The notes under the pieces: model-generated
Told to the model about the DNA's origin: nothing
The model's input: only the letters and a program-made list of their open reading frames with translations
The model's database searches: none
Assembly: GCA_963791045.1 (NCBI GenBank)
Contig: CAWBQK010000006.1
Coordinates: 1 to 64,000 of the forward strand
Length of the DNA: 64,000 nt
From: Candidatus Latescibacterota bacterium
Lineage (GTDB): Bacteria; Krumholzibacteriota; Krumholzibacteriia; WVZY01
Direction of reading: 5' to 3'
Position numbers and translations under genes: made by a program
Part shown: positions 45,966 to 56,704 of the stretch, piece by piece
Layout: each line of letters opens with the position of its first letter
Numbering within the stretch: position 1 is the stretch's first letter

Positions 45966-46705
45966 TCAAGACTACATTATTCAAGTTAAGGATCTGTATA
46001 AATATTTCGGCGATATAAAAGCTGTTGATGGTGTATCACTTGAATATCGGTCGCGGAAAAGTGGTAGTTGTAATTGGACCTAGCGGCTCTGGAAAATCCA
46101 CTCTTCTACGGTGCATTAATCACCTGGAAGAACCTACGAGTGGGGAGATATGGGTCGATGGCGAACGAGTTACAAAAGAAGCAAAAATAATAAATGAGAT
46201 CCGGGCAGAGATCGGAATGGTTTTTCAATTATTCAATCTCTTTCCGCATTTGACAGCCGTTGAAAATGTTACCTTGGCCCAAAAGATCATCCGGGGCAGA
46301 TCCCAGGATGAAGCTGTTGAAATAGCCATGGAAAAATTGAAGAGGGTAGGCATACCTGAAAAAGCTGATTCATATCCATCTAATTTATCTGGTGGCCAGC
46401 AGCAGCGAGTGGCAATTGCCCGGGCTCTGGCGATGGATCCTAAGATCATGCTGTTTGATGAACCCACCAGCGCCCTCGATCCTGAAATGATCAAGGAAGT
46501 GTTGGATGTCATGCTTGATCTTGCCCAGGAAGGTATGACCATGGTTTGTGTGTCCCACGAAATGGGCTTTGTCCGTTCTGCGGCTGATGAGGTTGTTTTT
46601 ATGGATTTTGGTAGAGTTGTGGAGCATACAACACCGGATGGATTGTTCAATAATCCCCAGAATGACCGGACAAAATTATTCCTGAGCCAGATTCTGGAAC
46701 ATTAA
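45958..46705 (+). CDS. Amino-acid ABC ATPase (GlnQ-like)
   Basis: GPSGSGKST, LSGGQQQR, FDEPTSALDPE. Confidence 0.94.
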
Positions 46706-46740
46706 CCAATATTACGCTTTTCCATATGAAGAGGTAATTA

Positions 46741-47469
46741 ATGGAAAGAAATGATGGACGTGCGTTTGATCAGCTCCGTCCTGTAAGCATTGTCCCGGAT
46801 TATGTTGATTTCCCGGAAGGATCAATATTGATCTCTATCGGGAAAACTCGCGTGTTGTGCAATGTTAGTGTTGAAAATAACGTACCCGCCTGGATGGATC
46901 AGGAAGGATCAACGCAAGGATGGATAACTGCAGAGTATGCACTTCTGCCGCGTTCAACGTCAACCAGGGTAATGAGAGAAACCCGGGGGCTGAGCGGCCG
47001 AACTCAGGAAATAAAAAGAATAATTGGACGATCATTAAGAGCTGCGTTTAACCTGGATCTGATTGGGAAGAGGACCATGATCGTTGATTGTGATGTTATC
47101 CAGGCAGATGGAGGGACCAGAACTGCTGCCATAACCGGTGGATATGCCGCCCTTTCAATAGCCATTCAAACACTTGTCGATATGAATGAAATTCCAGGTG
47201 AAGTTTTTCTTTCTCCCGTGGCTGCCATTAGTGTTGGGCTGGTAGAAGGTCAACCGGTACTGGATCTGAATTACAGCGAGGATTCCCGGGCTGAAGCAGA
47301 TCTGAATATAATAATGAATCTTGACGGAGAATTTATTGAAGTCCAGGGAACAGGGGAAGGGGCAACTTTCTCAAGGGATACATTGGATGCGTTGTTGGAC
47401 CTCTCTGCTACAGGCATCCAGGATCTTTTTTTAGTTCAAAAACCCTGGCACTATTCTGAAAAGGATTGA
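46741..47469 (+). CDS. rph: Ribonuclease PH
   Basis: GWITAEY.LLP, GRTQEIKRIIGRSLR, QADGGTRTA, EVQGTGE. Confidence 0.96.
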   Translation: MERNDGRAFDQLRPVSIVPDYVDFPEGSILISIGKTRVLCNVSVENNVPAWMDQEGSTQGWITAEYALLPRSTSTRVMRETRGLSGRTQEIKRIIGRSLRAAFNLDLIGKRTMIVDCDVIQADGGTRTAAITGGYAALSIAIQTLVDMNEIPGEVFLSPVAAISVGLVEGQPVLDLNYSEDSRAEADLNIIMNLDGEFIEVQGTGEGATFSRDTLDALLDLSATGIQDLFLVQKPWHYSEKD

Positions 47470-47502
47470 TACTGTAAGCTAAAAAAGCCTGGAAAAAAAT
47501 GT

Positions 47503-47535
47503 AAAAAAACCTCGCAAATCCTTGCGAGGTTTTTT
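47503..47535. terminator. Bidirectional terminator
   Basis: A7-CCTCGCAA-ATCC-TTGCGAGG-T6. Confidence 0.88.
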
Positions 47536-47545
47536 GTTTTAATTA

Positions 47546-48790
47546 TTATTCACTGACAGGCACATCTGGTGGAAGAGCGGGCTGCTCTAAAGATATGGAT
47601 TGAATATAAGCCAGATAATCCTGCGGTAGGGCAGGTTCAGATGGCACATACTTGCTCCAATCTTCATTGATGATAGGTTGATATTCAGTTTCTTTTTCTG
47701 TTATCCAGTCAGTGTACGCTTGATTACGGAGCTGCTGATAAGCTGAGGGATCGAGAAGCAGATCATCTTTTCCCAGGCTTTCCAGGATATGCCAACCAAA
47801 ATCAGTTTGAACAGGATCGCTGATCTCTCCGACATCCAGGGTGAAAGCTGCTTCTTCAAAAGGTTCAACCATGGCGCCTCTGGAGAACCAATCAAGATCA
47901 CCACCATTATCTTTGTTTGTGGTGTCCAATGAGTATTCCGCAGCCAGATCGACGAAATCCTCGCCGTTTTCCAATTTCTCAAGAACTTCATTGGCTGTCT
48001 CTTCATCAGCGACCAGAATATGGCGGATCCAGACGTGTTCTGCTTCCTGCGAGATATCAGCGCTGACAATTTCAATGACCTCATTACGAATGATGGATAT
48101 TTTTATAATATCCCGGATGGTTTGTTCGGTGATACCAACATCATTGACACTGAGCAGGAATTGTTCAAAATTGTTCTCAAATAGCTCTTCAGTGTATTCA
48201 GTAGGTTTGAGGAGTGGTGTTGCTGTTGGATCCGGTTCACCATCCTGATCATCAGTAGTTTCTGGCGTATTGGTGGGAGCCAGGGTCACTGCTGGCGTAG
48301 GTGTACCTCCAGCATAATATCCAAAGGCCTCCTGGATATCCTGGTCAATACGGGCATCATCGATGTTGATGCCCATCTTTTCAGCTTCAACCACCAGGAT
48401 AATATCCTGGGTGATTGCATTGAGAACTTCCTGGCCTATCATGAGAGGTTGTTGAAGCGAGGTAACAGCTACAAGCAATTGCTGCTCAAAGTAACCAAAT
48501 ACTTCTGGTGTACCTCCCAGCTGCTGGAATGTCATCAACATCTGATCGATATCCATGATCATGTTGCGCCTTCTCCACCGGATCTGCTCTTCAAATTGGT
48601 CAGCTGTGATTTTCTCCCCCTCCAGCTCGACAATTGTAATTTTAGGTGTGAGCACAAATCGATCGATAACTCCATAAGCTACCAGGCCCAGGACAATGAC
48701 CAGAACTGAAATGGTTGCGATAATAATGATGCGCTTCTGGCGATCTTCTCGTTGCTTCTGTGCAATAAATTTTTTATTCTGTGGTGGCAT
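47546..48790 (-). CDS. Parvulin-type peptidylprolyl isomerase (PrsA/SurA-like)
   Basis: N-terminal TM; RHILV, GGDLDWF, MVEPFEEAAF, VQTDFGWHI. Confidence 0.9.
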   Translation of the reverse strand: MPPQNKKFIAQKQREDRQKRIIIIATISVLVIVLGLVAYGVIDRFVLTPKITIVELEGEKITADQFEEQIRWRRRNMIMDIDQMLMTFQQLGGTPEVFGYFEQQLLVAVTSLQQPLMIGQEVLNAITQDIILVVEAEKMGINIDDARIDQDIQEAFGYYAGGTPTPAVTLAPTNTPETTDDQDGEPDPTATPLLKPTEYTEELFENNFEQFLLSVNDVGITEQTIRDIIKISIIRNEVIEIVSADISQEAEHVWIRHILVADEETANEVLEKLENGEDFVDLAAEYSLDTTNKDNGGDLDWFSRGAMVEPFEEAAFTLDVGEISDPVQTDFGWHILESLGKDDLLLDPSAYQQLRNQAYTDWITEKETEYQPIINEDWSKYVPSEPALPQDYLAYIQSISLEQPALPPDVPVSE

Positions 48791-48833
48791 AAGTTTACTC
48801 TTTTTTACTATCTGCTGTGATCAATAATATAGA

Positions 48834-49085
48834 TTAACGAAGTGATTCGCCTGTAAAAGGAAGCAATGCAAGATGCCGTGATCGTTTGATCTCACGAGCT
48901 AACTCGCGCTGATGTTTTGCACAGGTTCCAGTCTGTCGGCGAGAACGGATCTTTCCATGGTCGCTTACAAACCTGCTGAGGGTCTCGGTGTCCTTATAGT
49001 CGATCTTCATTTTGGGATTTCCACAAAATCTACATTGTCGTTCTTGTGGATACCTGTCTCGTTCATAATGATTTCTTTCTGCCAT
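48834..49085 (-). CDS. rpsR: 30S ribosomal protein S18
   Basis: [30 protein letters not shown]. Confidence 0.96.
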   Translation of the reverse strand: MAERNHYERDRYPQERQCRFCGNPKMKIDYKDTETLSRFVSDHGKIRSRRQTGTCAKHQRELAREIKRSRHLALLPFTGESLR

Positions 49086-49121
49086 GTGGTACTCCTTAAG
49101 ATTTTCTCGATCTTATCTAAA

Positions 49122-49508
49122 TTAAAATGGGTACTCATCCTCTGAAGGGGGTTCTTCTGTCATTGAATCCCCAGGACGACTATCTAACATGATCATTTCC
49201 TGTGTAATAATCTCAACAGATGAATGATTGGCCCCATCATCGTCCTGCCAGCGGCGTGTGTGTAAGCGTCCTTCAATATACACTTGCTTGCCTTTTTTCA
49301 AGTACTGGTTGCATATTTCAGCCAATTTTCCCCAGGCAACAACATTGAACCATTCCGTTTCGTTCTTTTTCTCACCATCGGTTGTTGTCCAGCTCCGATC
49401 TGACGCCATACGAAATTTTGTCAGCGGTTTGCCGGAAGGTGTGTAACGCATTTCAGGATCCTGTCCCAATCTGCCGATGAGTAAGACTTTATTCAAACCT
49501 CTGGCCAT
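49122..49508 (-). CDS. ssb: Single-stranded DNA-binding protein
   Basis: LNKVLLIGRLGQDPE.RYTPSG; acidic DEYPF tail. Confidence 0.96.
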   Translation of the reverse strand: MARGLNKVLLIGRLGQDPEMRYTPSGKPLTKFRMASDRSWTTTDGEKKNETEWFNVVAWGKLAEICNQYLKKGKQVYIEGRLHTRRWQDDDGANHSSVEIITQEMIMLDSRPGDSMTEEPPSEDEYPF

Positions 49509-49579
49509 AAGCTTCCTCCTTAAACAGGAAAAGTGGTTCCAGGCGATTGTCACTGGAACTGGTAACCGATCGATAACGA

Positions 49580-49867
49580 TCAGTCATCCCTGTTGATAAT
49601 CAGGAAACGCAAAATTGATTCCTGCAAGCGGAAATTGCGTTCCAAGTTTACAACAGCGGTTGGCTCTAATTTGAGGTTGAAGAGGTAATATTGGCCTTCC
49701 TTGCTATTGCCGATCAAGTAAGCAAATTTTTGTCTTCCCCACTCTTCAAAAGACTCAATGGATCCCCCAGCATCAGTTATCCAGCTTTTTACTTTATCTA
49801 CTACTTCCGCCGTAGCGGTTTCATCAATTTCCGGGGTAACGATAATAACGAGTTCGTAATCTCGCAT
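49580..49867 (-). CDS. rpsF: 30S ribosomal protein S6
   Basis: MRDYELVIIV, WGRQKFAY.I, ILRFL. Confidence 0.95.
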   Translation of the reverse strand: MRDYELVIIVTPEIDETATAEVVDKVKSWITDAGGSIESFEEWGRQKFAYLIGNSKEGQYYLFNLKLEPTAVVNLERNFRLQESILRFLIINRDD

Positions 49868-49871
49868 CTCA

Positions 49872-49929
49872 TCCTCCTTTCCACGGGTTTGTCTCCTGAC
49901 AGTGTGGTCAGTACGCAGGAAACGGAAAG
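49872..49929 (-). promoter_or_regulatory. S6:S18 autoregulatory leader
   Basis: CTTTCC/GGAAAG stem overlapping the SD, inner TCCTG/CAGGA stem, and internal-loop CCG. Confidence 0.65.
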
Positions 49930-50061
49930 TTAATTTTTAGAATGACCGAGGGAGAGTTTAGCATAATTGGGTATATTTGGGAAGGGTTCTGAGGGATGGT
50001 GGTAATTTTGTTGGATAAACTGGAATTCTGAGAAAGGAATTGATATATTCTCCTTTGGATA

Positions 50062-51528
50062 TTAAGGATAGCCAGGCAGAGGAGGTAGTAGATCCATTCC
50101 CTCCGATCGAGCAGCTTGGGTAGTGATCTTTTTCAACTCAATTTGTACGTCGGGATGTAATGCTGGCGCTGGAGCAGATCCAAGTAATTCCTGGCGGAGA
50201 TCTTTGGCCCTGGACCAGGCAGATTTGGAATACCCTTGATCGGCTGGATCAAGTGGTTGGCGATCTATAACCAAAGAGGGATAATGGTTTTCTTCCTTAA
50301 ACCATTTAAACGTATGCTCAGAGGAGATGAAATCCCCCTTATGTCCAACTTCCCTGATGAGATCAACAGCGAGGGGATTTTCGCGAAATTGGATTCCCTG
50401 CGAGAAATGCTTGATAGAAGCGATCATTTCAGAGTCCAGTATTAACTTTTCGGGACTTTGGCTGTTCTCGTAAGCTAGCATTCCAGCACCAGAGATCAAA
50501 TTTGTGCCTGCCATGGATCCGAGCAATGCACCGGTTGCGGACTCCATACCTGCCTGTGCATCAACAATCTTTGCATCCGAAATTCCCAGATAGGCCTGGG
50601 TTGGCAGACCGAGTGATCTGCCAATTTGCACATAGGCAGCAGCAATTAACCAGGTTCCAGAGGAGCCCATTGGCGGTGTACTGTGTTTCATATCAAATAC
50701 TGCTGCCGATCCTCCCCAAACAATCTTAGCTCCTTTTTTGGCTAACTGAGCAATGACAATCCCGCTCAGGCATTCTGCTGCATGCTGTACAATTGTGCCA
50801 GCAAGCGTGACAGGGGAGGTGGCTCCAGCCATGGGCATTGATACTATCTGGATTGGTATCCCAGAACGAGCATTATCAAGAAGGTTCTGGCAGCTTGTAT
50901 TGCTCCACTCTAAGGGAGAAGTTGGACAAATATCGAATATTGCCAGTGGTTTGTCTAAAAGCCTCTGCTCACCACCAACAGCCGTTACCAATAATTCTTT
51001 CATTATTTTCCAGCTTTTGTTACGAAATATGCCAGTAACAATTGGTTTTGTCATATAACAAAGGGCAATATAGAGGCGGTAAAGATCTTGGATTGACTCA
51101 GGAACATCACTGGGAACCATGGCAGTACTTTGGGCATCAATAGCCGGTATAGATTCCACAAGCTGAATATATTGGACAAGGTCATTTGTGAGTACTTTAC
51201 GGGTTCTCTGGGTGTGGGAATCCAAGATGTATAAGGTTGAAGATCCTGGAGTGTAGAATGTCAGATCGCTGCCGTATCGAACTGCAGGATCACCCTTAAG
51301 ACTATAGAGGGAGAATTCCTTGGGGCAGCTTGCCAGTGCGTTGTGGATGAGTCCTTCCGGAATTGAGACTGCCATTGAATTAGGATTTACCTTGGCGCCT
51401 GCATCTGATAAGAGTTTGACTCCTTCTGGATTTGAGACGATAACCCCGGGATCATCCAGGAGTTGTATTGCCTCATGGATGATCGTCTTTTCCTCTTCTG
51501 CTGTTAGCACTTGTAGCAATGGTTTCAT
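50062..51528 (-). CDS. Trimethylamine methyltransferase (MttB) superfamily, non-pyrrolysine
   Basis: SPL, MAGATSPVTLAG, SDAKIVDAQAGMES, GAGML; no internal amber codon. Confidence 0.9.
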   Translation of the reverse strand: MKPLLQVLTAEEEKTIIHEAIQLLDDPGVIVSNPEGVKLLSDAGAKVNPNSMAVSIPEGLIHNALASCPKEFSLYSLKGDPAVRYGSDLTFYTPGSSTLYILDSHTQRTRKVLTNDLVQYIQLVESIPAIDAQSTAMVPSDVPESIQDLYRLYIALCYMTKPIVTGIFRNKSWKIMKELLVTAVGGEQRLLDKPLAIFDICPTSPLEWSNTSCQNLLDNARSGIPIQIVSMPMAGATSPVTLAGTIVQHAAECLSGIVIAQLAKKGAKIVWGGSAAVFDMKHSTPPMGSSGTWLIAAAYVQIGRSLGLPTQAYLGISDAKIVDAQAGMESATGALLGSMAGTNLISGAGMLAYENSQSPEKLILDSEMIASIKHFSQGIQFRENPLAVDLIREVGHKGDFISSEHTFKWFKEENHYPSLVIDRQPLDPADQGYSKSAWSRAKDLRQELLGSAPAPALHPDVQIELKKITTQAARSEGMDLLPPLPGYP

Positions 51529-51629
51529 ATCCAGTTATTCTAACCTAAAGAAAACCCCATCCTTGGAAATAGGAAGGGGTAAGGTGTCTTTTCTATTTTA
51601 ACACAGCTGAGCTGGTTTTAGGTATTGTT

Positions 51630-51956
51630 CTAGTATAAACCCCAATCTACTGCATCATCTTCCATCATGGAGCGGTCCCAGAACTCACGTCCCATCTCTA
51701 TCTTTGTGGGGATACCGAGGACCTCTTCTGTTTTGCTTCGGCAAGCTTCCATAAGTTGGGGTGCATACGGGCAGAAAGGAGTTGTCAGGATCATGGTCAC
51801 CATAGCATCATCATCCTTGACCGTTACATTCCTGACCAAACCCAACTGGACAATATTCATTCCCAGTTCCGGATCCATAACTTCCTGCAGACCTATATGA
51901 AGGTTCTCAGCCAATCCACGATCCGCTTTTCCTAAATCCCATTGATCTACGATCAT
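51630..51956 (-). CDS. DUF59/SufT-like Fe-S assembly protein
   Basis: VMDPELGMNIVQLGLV, LTTPFCP. Confidence 0.9.
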   Translation of the reverse strand: MIVDQWDLGKADRGLAENLHIGLQEVMDPELGMNIVQLGLVRNVTVKDDDAMVTMILTTPFCPYAPQLMEACRSKTEEVLGIPTKIEMGREFWDRSMMEDDAVDWGLY

Positions 51957-51960
51957 AAAA

Positions 51961-52596
51961 CTAAACCTTTTCTGCTTTCTCTTTTATTAGATATTTGCAT
52001 TGTTTGTCACCATCGAGGATACATTCAACCCGTTTTGGTGTTGTAGAAACAAAATGAGCGATCAATTCCTGGTCTACCACGCAAATCTCCGGGTAATCTT
52101 CGCCCACATGATGATAAGGGCAGCTGGCTTCAACAATATAGATATTACCTTCTTCTTCCTGGAGATCGACCATGAATCCTTCTGAAGTCAAAACTTCTTT
52201 TAGCAATTCCAGGCGTTGTTTAAGATTGAGATCCTCTAAATCGATATCATTAGTTATGTCGTTAGCTATTCCCTCTGCAACTTCCTTGAACAGATTCCCC
52301 AGGACTTTTTCTGGCAAACTGGCTTTTAACTGCTCAAGCAGTCTCATTGTAAGCTGTAAATAACGCTGCGGGAATTGCTCCATTCCTTTTGGTGTCAGGC
52401 TGAATATCAAGCGTGGGCGTCCAACTCCATGTCGCTCTTCTTCAGACACGATCAAGCCTTCAGCCTCCAATTTTGTAACATGGTGGCGTACGGATATGGG
52501 ATTGATATCCACGGATTCCGCTAATTCGTTTACTGTCCTTTTTTGATTGAGAAGCAGCGAACGAAGTACTCGATTTCTGGTGTTATTACTCATCAA
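51961..52596 (-). CDS. sufR: SufR-like HTH regulator
   Basis: wHTH with GVGRP, C-terminal CPY...IC...C; divergent from sufC. Confidence 0.8.
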   Translation of the reverse strand: MMSNNTRNRVLRSLLLNQKRTVNELAESVDINPISVRHHVTKLEAEGLIVSEEERHGVGRPRLIFSLTPKGMEQFPQRYLQLTMRLLEQLKASLPEKVLGNLFKEVAEGIANDITNDIDLEDLNLKQRLELLKEVLTSEGFMVDLQEEEGNIYIVEASCPYHHVGEDYPEICVVDQELIAHFVSTTPKRVECILDGDKQCKYLIKEKAEKV

Positions 52597-52627
52597 GAGC
52601 CTTCACTAATCTACATTTATCACCAAA

Positions 52628-52656
52628 AGTCTATCATTGAACCCTCCATATGTCAA
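52628..52656 (-). promoter_or_regulatory. Promoter of sufR
   Basis: TTGACA-17 bp-TAGACT. Confidence 0.75.
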
Positions 52657-52683
52657 TAATTTATATGATAATTATCTAAAATA

Positions 52684-52712
52684 TTGACGCAGGTGATTAA
52701 TTATGCTACAAT
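52684..52712 (+). promoter_or_regulatory. Promoter of the suf operon
   Basis: TTGACG-17 bp-TACAAT with TG extension. Confidence 0.8.
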
Positions 52713-52749
52713 CTGCTTTGTCAAAAAATTGAATTGGAGCCAATTTATT

Positions 52750-53514
52750 ATGTCTGAACTAGTAATCAAGAATCTACATGTAAATGTGGAAGATACAGAG
52801 ATATTGAAGGGTGTGGATCTTACTATCAAACCTGGTGAAGTTCATGCTGTCATGGGCCCAAATGGCACGGGTAAATCAACGCTGGCTTATGCTTTAATGG
52901 GTCATCCAAAATACACCGTCACGAGTGGGGAAGCTATTCTTGATGGCAAGAATTTGTTGGACCTCGATCCTAATGAACGCTCAAGTTTGGGCTTATTCTT
53001 AGCTTTCCAATATCCGATTGCAGTACCTGGAGTTTCTGTGGCAAATTTTCTGCGCACGGCTGTCAATGCGCATAGAAAATATAAAGACCCGGATGATAAA
53101 GGCATATCTATCCCTGATTTCAGGAAAAAACTAAAAGAAAAGATGGCTTTGCTCAAAATGGATCAATCATTTGCGGGCAGGTACCTTAATGATGGATTTT
53201 CTGGTGGTGAGAAAAAAAGGGTTGAGATCCTGCAGATGGCCACGTTGGAACCGCGGTTTTCCATTCTTGATGAAACAGATTCCGGCCTTGATATTGATGC
53301 GTTAAAAATCGTGGCTGATGGAGTAAATGCTATCAGCGGTGAAAATCATGGTGTTCTGGTGATCACACATTATCAAAGAATCTTAAACTATATCAAACCT
53401 GATTTTGTCCATGTCATGCTGAATGGCAGGATCGCTCAATCTGGTGGACCTGAACTGGCTCTTAAACTTGAAGAACAAGGGTATGAGTGGCTTCGGGAAG
53501 AGCTAGCTGCCTGA
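52750..53514 (+). CDS. sufC: Fe-S assembly ATPase SufC
   Basis: [40 protein letters not shown]. Confidence 0.97.
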   Translation: MSELVIKNLHVNVEDTEILKGVDLTIKPGEVHAVMGPNGTGKSTLAYALMGHPKYTVTSGEAILDGKNLLDLDPNERSSLGLFLAFQYPIAVPGVSVANFLRTAVNAHRKYKDPDDKGISIPDFRKKLKEKMALLKMDQSFAGRYLNDGFSGGEKKRVEILQMATLEPRFSILDETDSGLDIDALKIVADGVNAISGENHGVLVITHYQRILNYIKPDFVHVMLNGRIAQSGGPELALKLEEQGYEWLREELAA

Positions 53515-53563
53515 CAGGTTTCTTTTCAGTAAATCCCAGATTATTTGTACAGGAGTTTTTCTC

Positions 53564-54970
53564 ATGTCAACAGACGAGAAATTAATTCAAAGTATTGGTG
53601 ATTATAAGTACGGTTTCAAAGATCCTGATGTGCATGTCTTTAAAAGCCAGAAAGGATTGAACGAGAATATAGTAAGGCAAATCTCCCAGATCAAAGAAGA
53701 ACCTGAGTGGATGTTAAAATTCCGCTTGAAAGCGCTGGAGCATTTCCAGGCAAGACCCGTACCTACCTGGGGACCCGATCTATCTGTACTGGATCTGGAT
53801 GACATTTATTATTATGTTAAGCCCACTGATGAAGAAGGAAAATCCTGGGATGATATACCAGAATCGATAAAAAGTACCTTTGACCGACTGGGAATTCCAG
53901 AAGCTGAGCAAAAATTCCTGGCTGGGGTTGGCGCACAGTACGAATCAGAAATGATCTACCACAGCATTCATGAGCAGCTGGCAGAGCAGGGTGTATTATT
54001 TAAGAGTATTGAAGATGGTTTGAAGGAACATCCAGATCTTTTCAGGGAATATTTTGGAAAGATAATTCCATTTACAGATAATAAATACGCCGCTCTGAAC
54101 AGTGCCGTTTGGTCTGGTGGTTCATTTGTTTATATACCACCTGGTTTAAAGGTGGATCTTCCACTTCAGGCATATTTCCGGTTGAATGTAGCTAATATTG
54201 GACAATTTGAACGTACCATTATTATCGCCGATGAAGGATCTCAAGTCCATTATGTCGAAGGCTGCACGGCTCCACAATATACTACCGACTCCTTCCATTC
54301 AGGCGTGATAGAGATCATGGTCAAGAAAAATGCCCGTGTTCGATATACCACAATTCAGAATTGGTCCAATAATGTCTATAATCTTGTAACTCAAAGGGCA
54401 AAGGTAGAAGAAAACGGCACGATGGAATGGGTCGATGCCAATTTAGGATCCAAGATAACGATGAAATATCCATCTTGTATGCTGGTTGGTAAAGGAGCTC
54501 ATGGGGAAATCCTTTCGATGGCGTTCTCTGGTAAGGGTCAGCATCATGATACCGGTGGCAAAGTAATTCACCTGGCTCCCGATACAAGCAGCAAGATCAT
54601 CTCAAAATCTATCAGTAAGGATGGAGGACGAGCTTCCTACCGTGGTTTGCTGCGAGTTAATAAAGGCAATACAAACGTAAAATCGAATGTAGTATGTGAT
54701 GCGCTGCTTTTGGATGATCATTCCCGATCAGACACTTATCCATATATTGAAGTCGATGAGCAGGATGTAAATATTGGACATGAAGCATCTGTATCCAAGG
54801 TGGAAGAAGAACAACTCTTTTATTTGATGAGCAGGGGATTGAGTGAAGAAGAAGCTACCAGCATGGTGGTTTCAGGTTTCATAGAACCTCTTGTAAAAGA
54901 ATTGCCCATGGAATATGCAATTGAAATGAACCGCTTGATACAGCTCCAGATGGAAGGATCGATCGGTTAA
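53564..54970 (+). CDS. sufB: Fe-S assembly protein SufB
   Basis: [37 protein letters not shown]. Confidence 0.97.
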   Translation: MSTDEKLIQSIGDYKYGFKDPDVHVFKSQKGLNENIVRQISQIKEEPEWMLKFRLKALEHFQARPVPTWGPDLSVLDLDDIYYYVKPTDEEGKSWDDIPESIKSTFDRLGIPEAEQKFLAGVGAQYESEMIYHSIHEQLAEQGVLFKSIEDGLKEHPDLFREYFGKIIPFTDNKYAALNSAVWSGGSFVYIPPGLKVDLPLQAYFRLNVANIGQFERTIIIADEGSQVHYVEGCTAPQYTTDSFHSGVIEIMVKKNARVRYTTIQNWSNNVYNLVTQRAKVEENGTMEWVDANLGSKITMKYPSCMLVGKGAHGEILSMAFSGKGQHHDTGGKVIHLAPDTSSKIISKSISKDGGRASYRGLLRVNKGNTNVKSNVVCDALLLDDHSRSDTYPYIEVDEQDVNIGHEASVSKVEEEQLFYLMSRGLSEEEATSMVVSGFIEPLVKELPMEYAIEMNRLIQLQMEGSIG

Positions 54971-54982
54971 TCAAGGACAAAT

Positions 54983-56299
54983 ATGGCGAGAAAACAACCT
55001 GAGAGGGGATTTAAATTTACACGTGAAATGGTTTTAGATTCCAAGGATATGGCTCCTGTCCTTAGGAAATTCAAGAGTGATTCCTGGGACGCGTATCAGG
55101 AATTGCCATTTCCAACAATTAAAGATGAAGGCTGGCGTAGAACTTCCCTAAATGGTTTGGATTTTGGAACTATCCAACTACCGAATGGTCAAATCAAATC
55201 CCCCCCGGATTCTGGTAATAAATATGGCATTCTCAGCAAAGATGTCATCTCGGGAAAAACCTACTTCTTACTTGATGCTGCTGGTGTGCATGTAAAACAA
55301 TCTGACCAGCTCAAGAAAAAGGGTGTGATCTTGAGTAGTTTGAGTGAGGCGGCTGCCTCCCATTCAGAGCTGGTAGAAAAAGTATTAGGAAAGGTCATAT
55401 CTCCCAAAGATGGAAAGTTCGCAGCAGCAGTTGGTGCATTTGCTAAATTTGGTATTTTTATCTATGTACCAAAAGGCGTACAGGTTGAAGAGCCAGTTTT
55501 TGGTATTAGTAAAGCTTCCGGGCAAGGAACAGCTCATTTGTTCCAAACTTTGATCTACCTGGAAGAGGGAGCTTCTCTGAACTACATCCAGGAGACCATT
55601 TCAGCTAATGATGATTCTGAACAATCTTTGGCTGGAGAGAACCTGGAAATTTTCGTTGGTCCAAATGCGAATCTTCAAATTACTGAACTGCAAAATTACG
55701 GTTCAGGTGTTTGGAGTTTTGGCCACAAAAAAGCTGTGGTGGAAAGGGATGGTACGCTGGAATGGGAGATTGGTGCTCTGGGATCAGCACTCTGTAAACA
55801 TTTTGTATCCCTGGATCTGGTTGGGAATGGCGCGGAAGGCAGGGTATCTGGTTTGTTCTTTGCCGATCGTACTCAACACCTCTCGTATAATACTCTGCAA
55901 AGACACCTTGCTCCAAGGACTACCAGTGACTTGCTCTTTAAGGGTGCCTTGAATGGGACAAGCAGGTCTGTCTGGCGGGGAATGATCTATGTTGCACCGG
56001 GGGCCCAGCATATTGACGGTTACCAGGCTAACAGAAACCTAGTTCTGGACCCGGCAGCGAGATCGGATTCCATTCCTGGGCTTGAGATTCTCAATAACGA
56101 AGTTCGCTGCACTCATGGATCCACAATTGGAAAGATCGATCAGGAACAACTGTTTTATCTTCTATCCAGGGGTATACCCAGACCGGAAGCAGAACAGCTG
56201 GTTATCCAGGGTTTTTTCACTGATGTCCTGGCGCGGTTTTCGATCCCCGAAATAGGGGATGAGGTCTGGTCAGCTATCAAATCTAGGCTTTTGGATTAA
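54983..56299 (+). CDS. sufD: Fe-S assembly protein SufD
   Basis: EGWRRT, IPGLEI..EVRCTHGST, LFYLLSRGI. Confidence 0.93.
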   Translation: MARKQPERGFKFTREMVLDSKDMAPVLRKFKSDSWDAYQELPFPTIKDEGWRRTSLNGLDFGTIQLPNGQIKSPPDSGNKYGILSKDVISGKTYFLLDAAGVHVKQSDQLKKKGVILSSLSEAAASHSELVEKVLGKVISPKDGKFAAAVGAFAKFGIFIYVPKGVQVEEPVFGISKASGQGTAHLFQTLIYLEEGASLNYIQETISANDDSEQSLAGENLEIFVGPNANLQITELQNYGSGVWSFGHKKAVVERDGTLEWEIGALGSALCKHFVSLDLVGNGAEGRVSGLFFADRTQHLSYNTLQRHLAPRTTSDLLFKGALNGTSRSVWRGMIYVAPGAQHIDGYQANRNLVLDPAARSDSIPGLEILNNEVRCTHGSTIGKIDQEQLFYLLSRGIPRPEAEQLVIQGFFTDVLARFSIPEIGDEVWSAIKSRLLD

Positions 56300-56358
56300 T
56301 TATTTCACTTTAACCAGGCTCTACTATTCACTTTTTAAAGAAGCCTGATAGAATTGTC

Positions 56359-56664
56359 TTGTTAACAACAAAGATGGAGGTAATCTTGTCATCAGTTCCT
56401 TTTTCTACTCCGCCCGCAAATGATAAGGATTTTGAGATTGGAGATCATGTTGAGGTCCTTTGTGACCATGATTTTGAAGATGATCGCGTACGTGATTGGT
56501 TAGAAGGTGTTGTGGTAAAGAAAGGGCATAAGAAAGTCGCAGTCCAATTTCATAAGAATGTATATTTAACCGATGGATGGATGGTACCCGATAGGGTCTT
56601 GTGGTGTGCTCTCGGTTCCCAAAATATTCGCAAGCCAATGAAAAGACGTCGGGCGAGATCGTAA
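56359..56664 (+). CDS. Small hypothetical protein (SH3/Tudor-like) inside the suf operon
   Basis: FEIGDHVEVLCDH...WLEGVVV...VAVQF; GGAGG RBS before TTG at ~56387. Confidence 0.7.
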   Translation: MLTTKMEVILSSVPFSTPPANDKDFEIGDHVEVLCDHDFEDDRVRDWLEGVVVKKGHKKVAVQFHKNVYLTDGWMVPDRVLWCALGSQNIRKPMKRRRARS

Positions 56665-56704
56665 TATTTCCAAATTGATCTGATAGTACAGCTGGAGCAA
56701 GACC

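Noticed and set aside
52651-52689. GTCAATA...TATTGAC inverted repeat as the SufR operator
   Set aside because: Fully explained by the back-to-back -35 hexamers of the divergent promoters.
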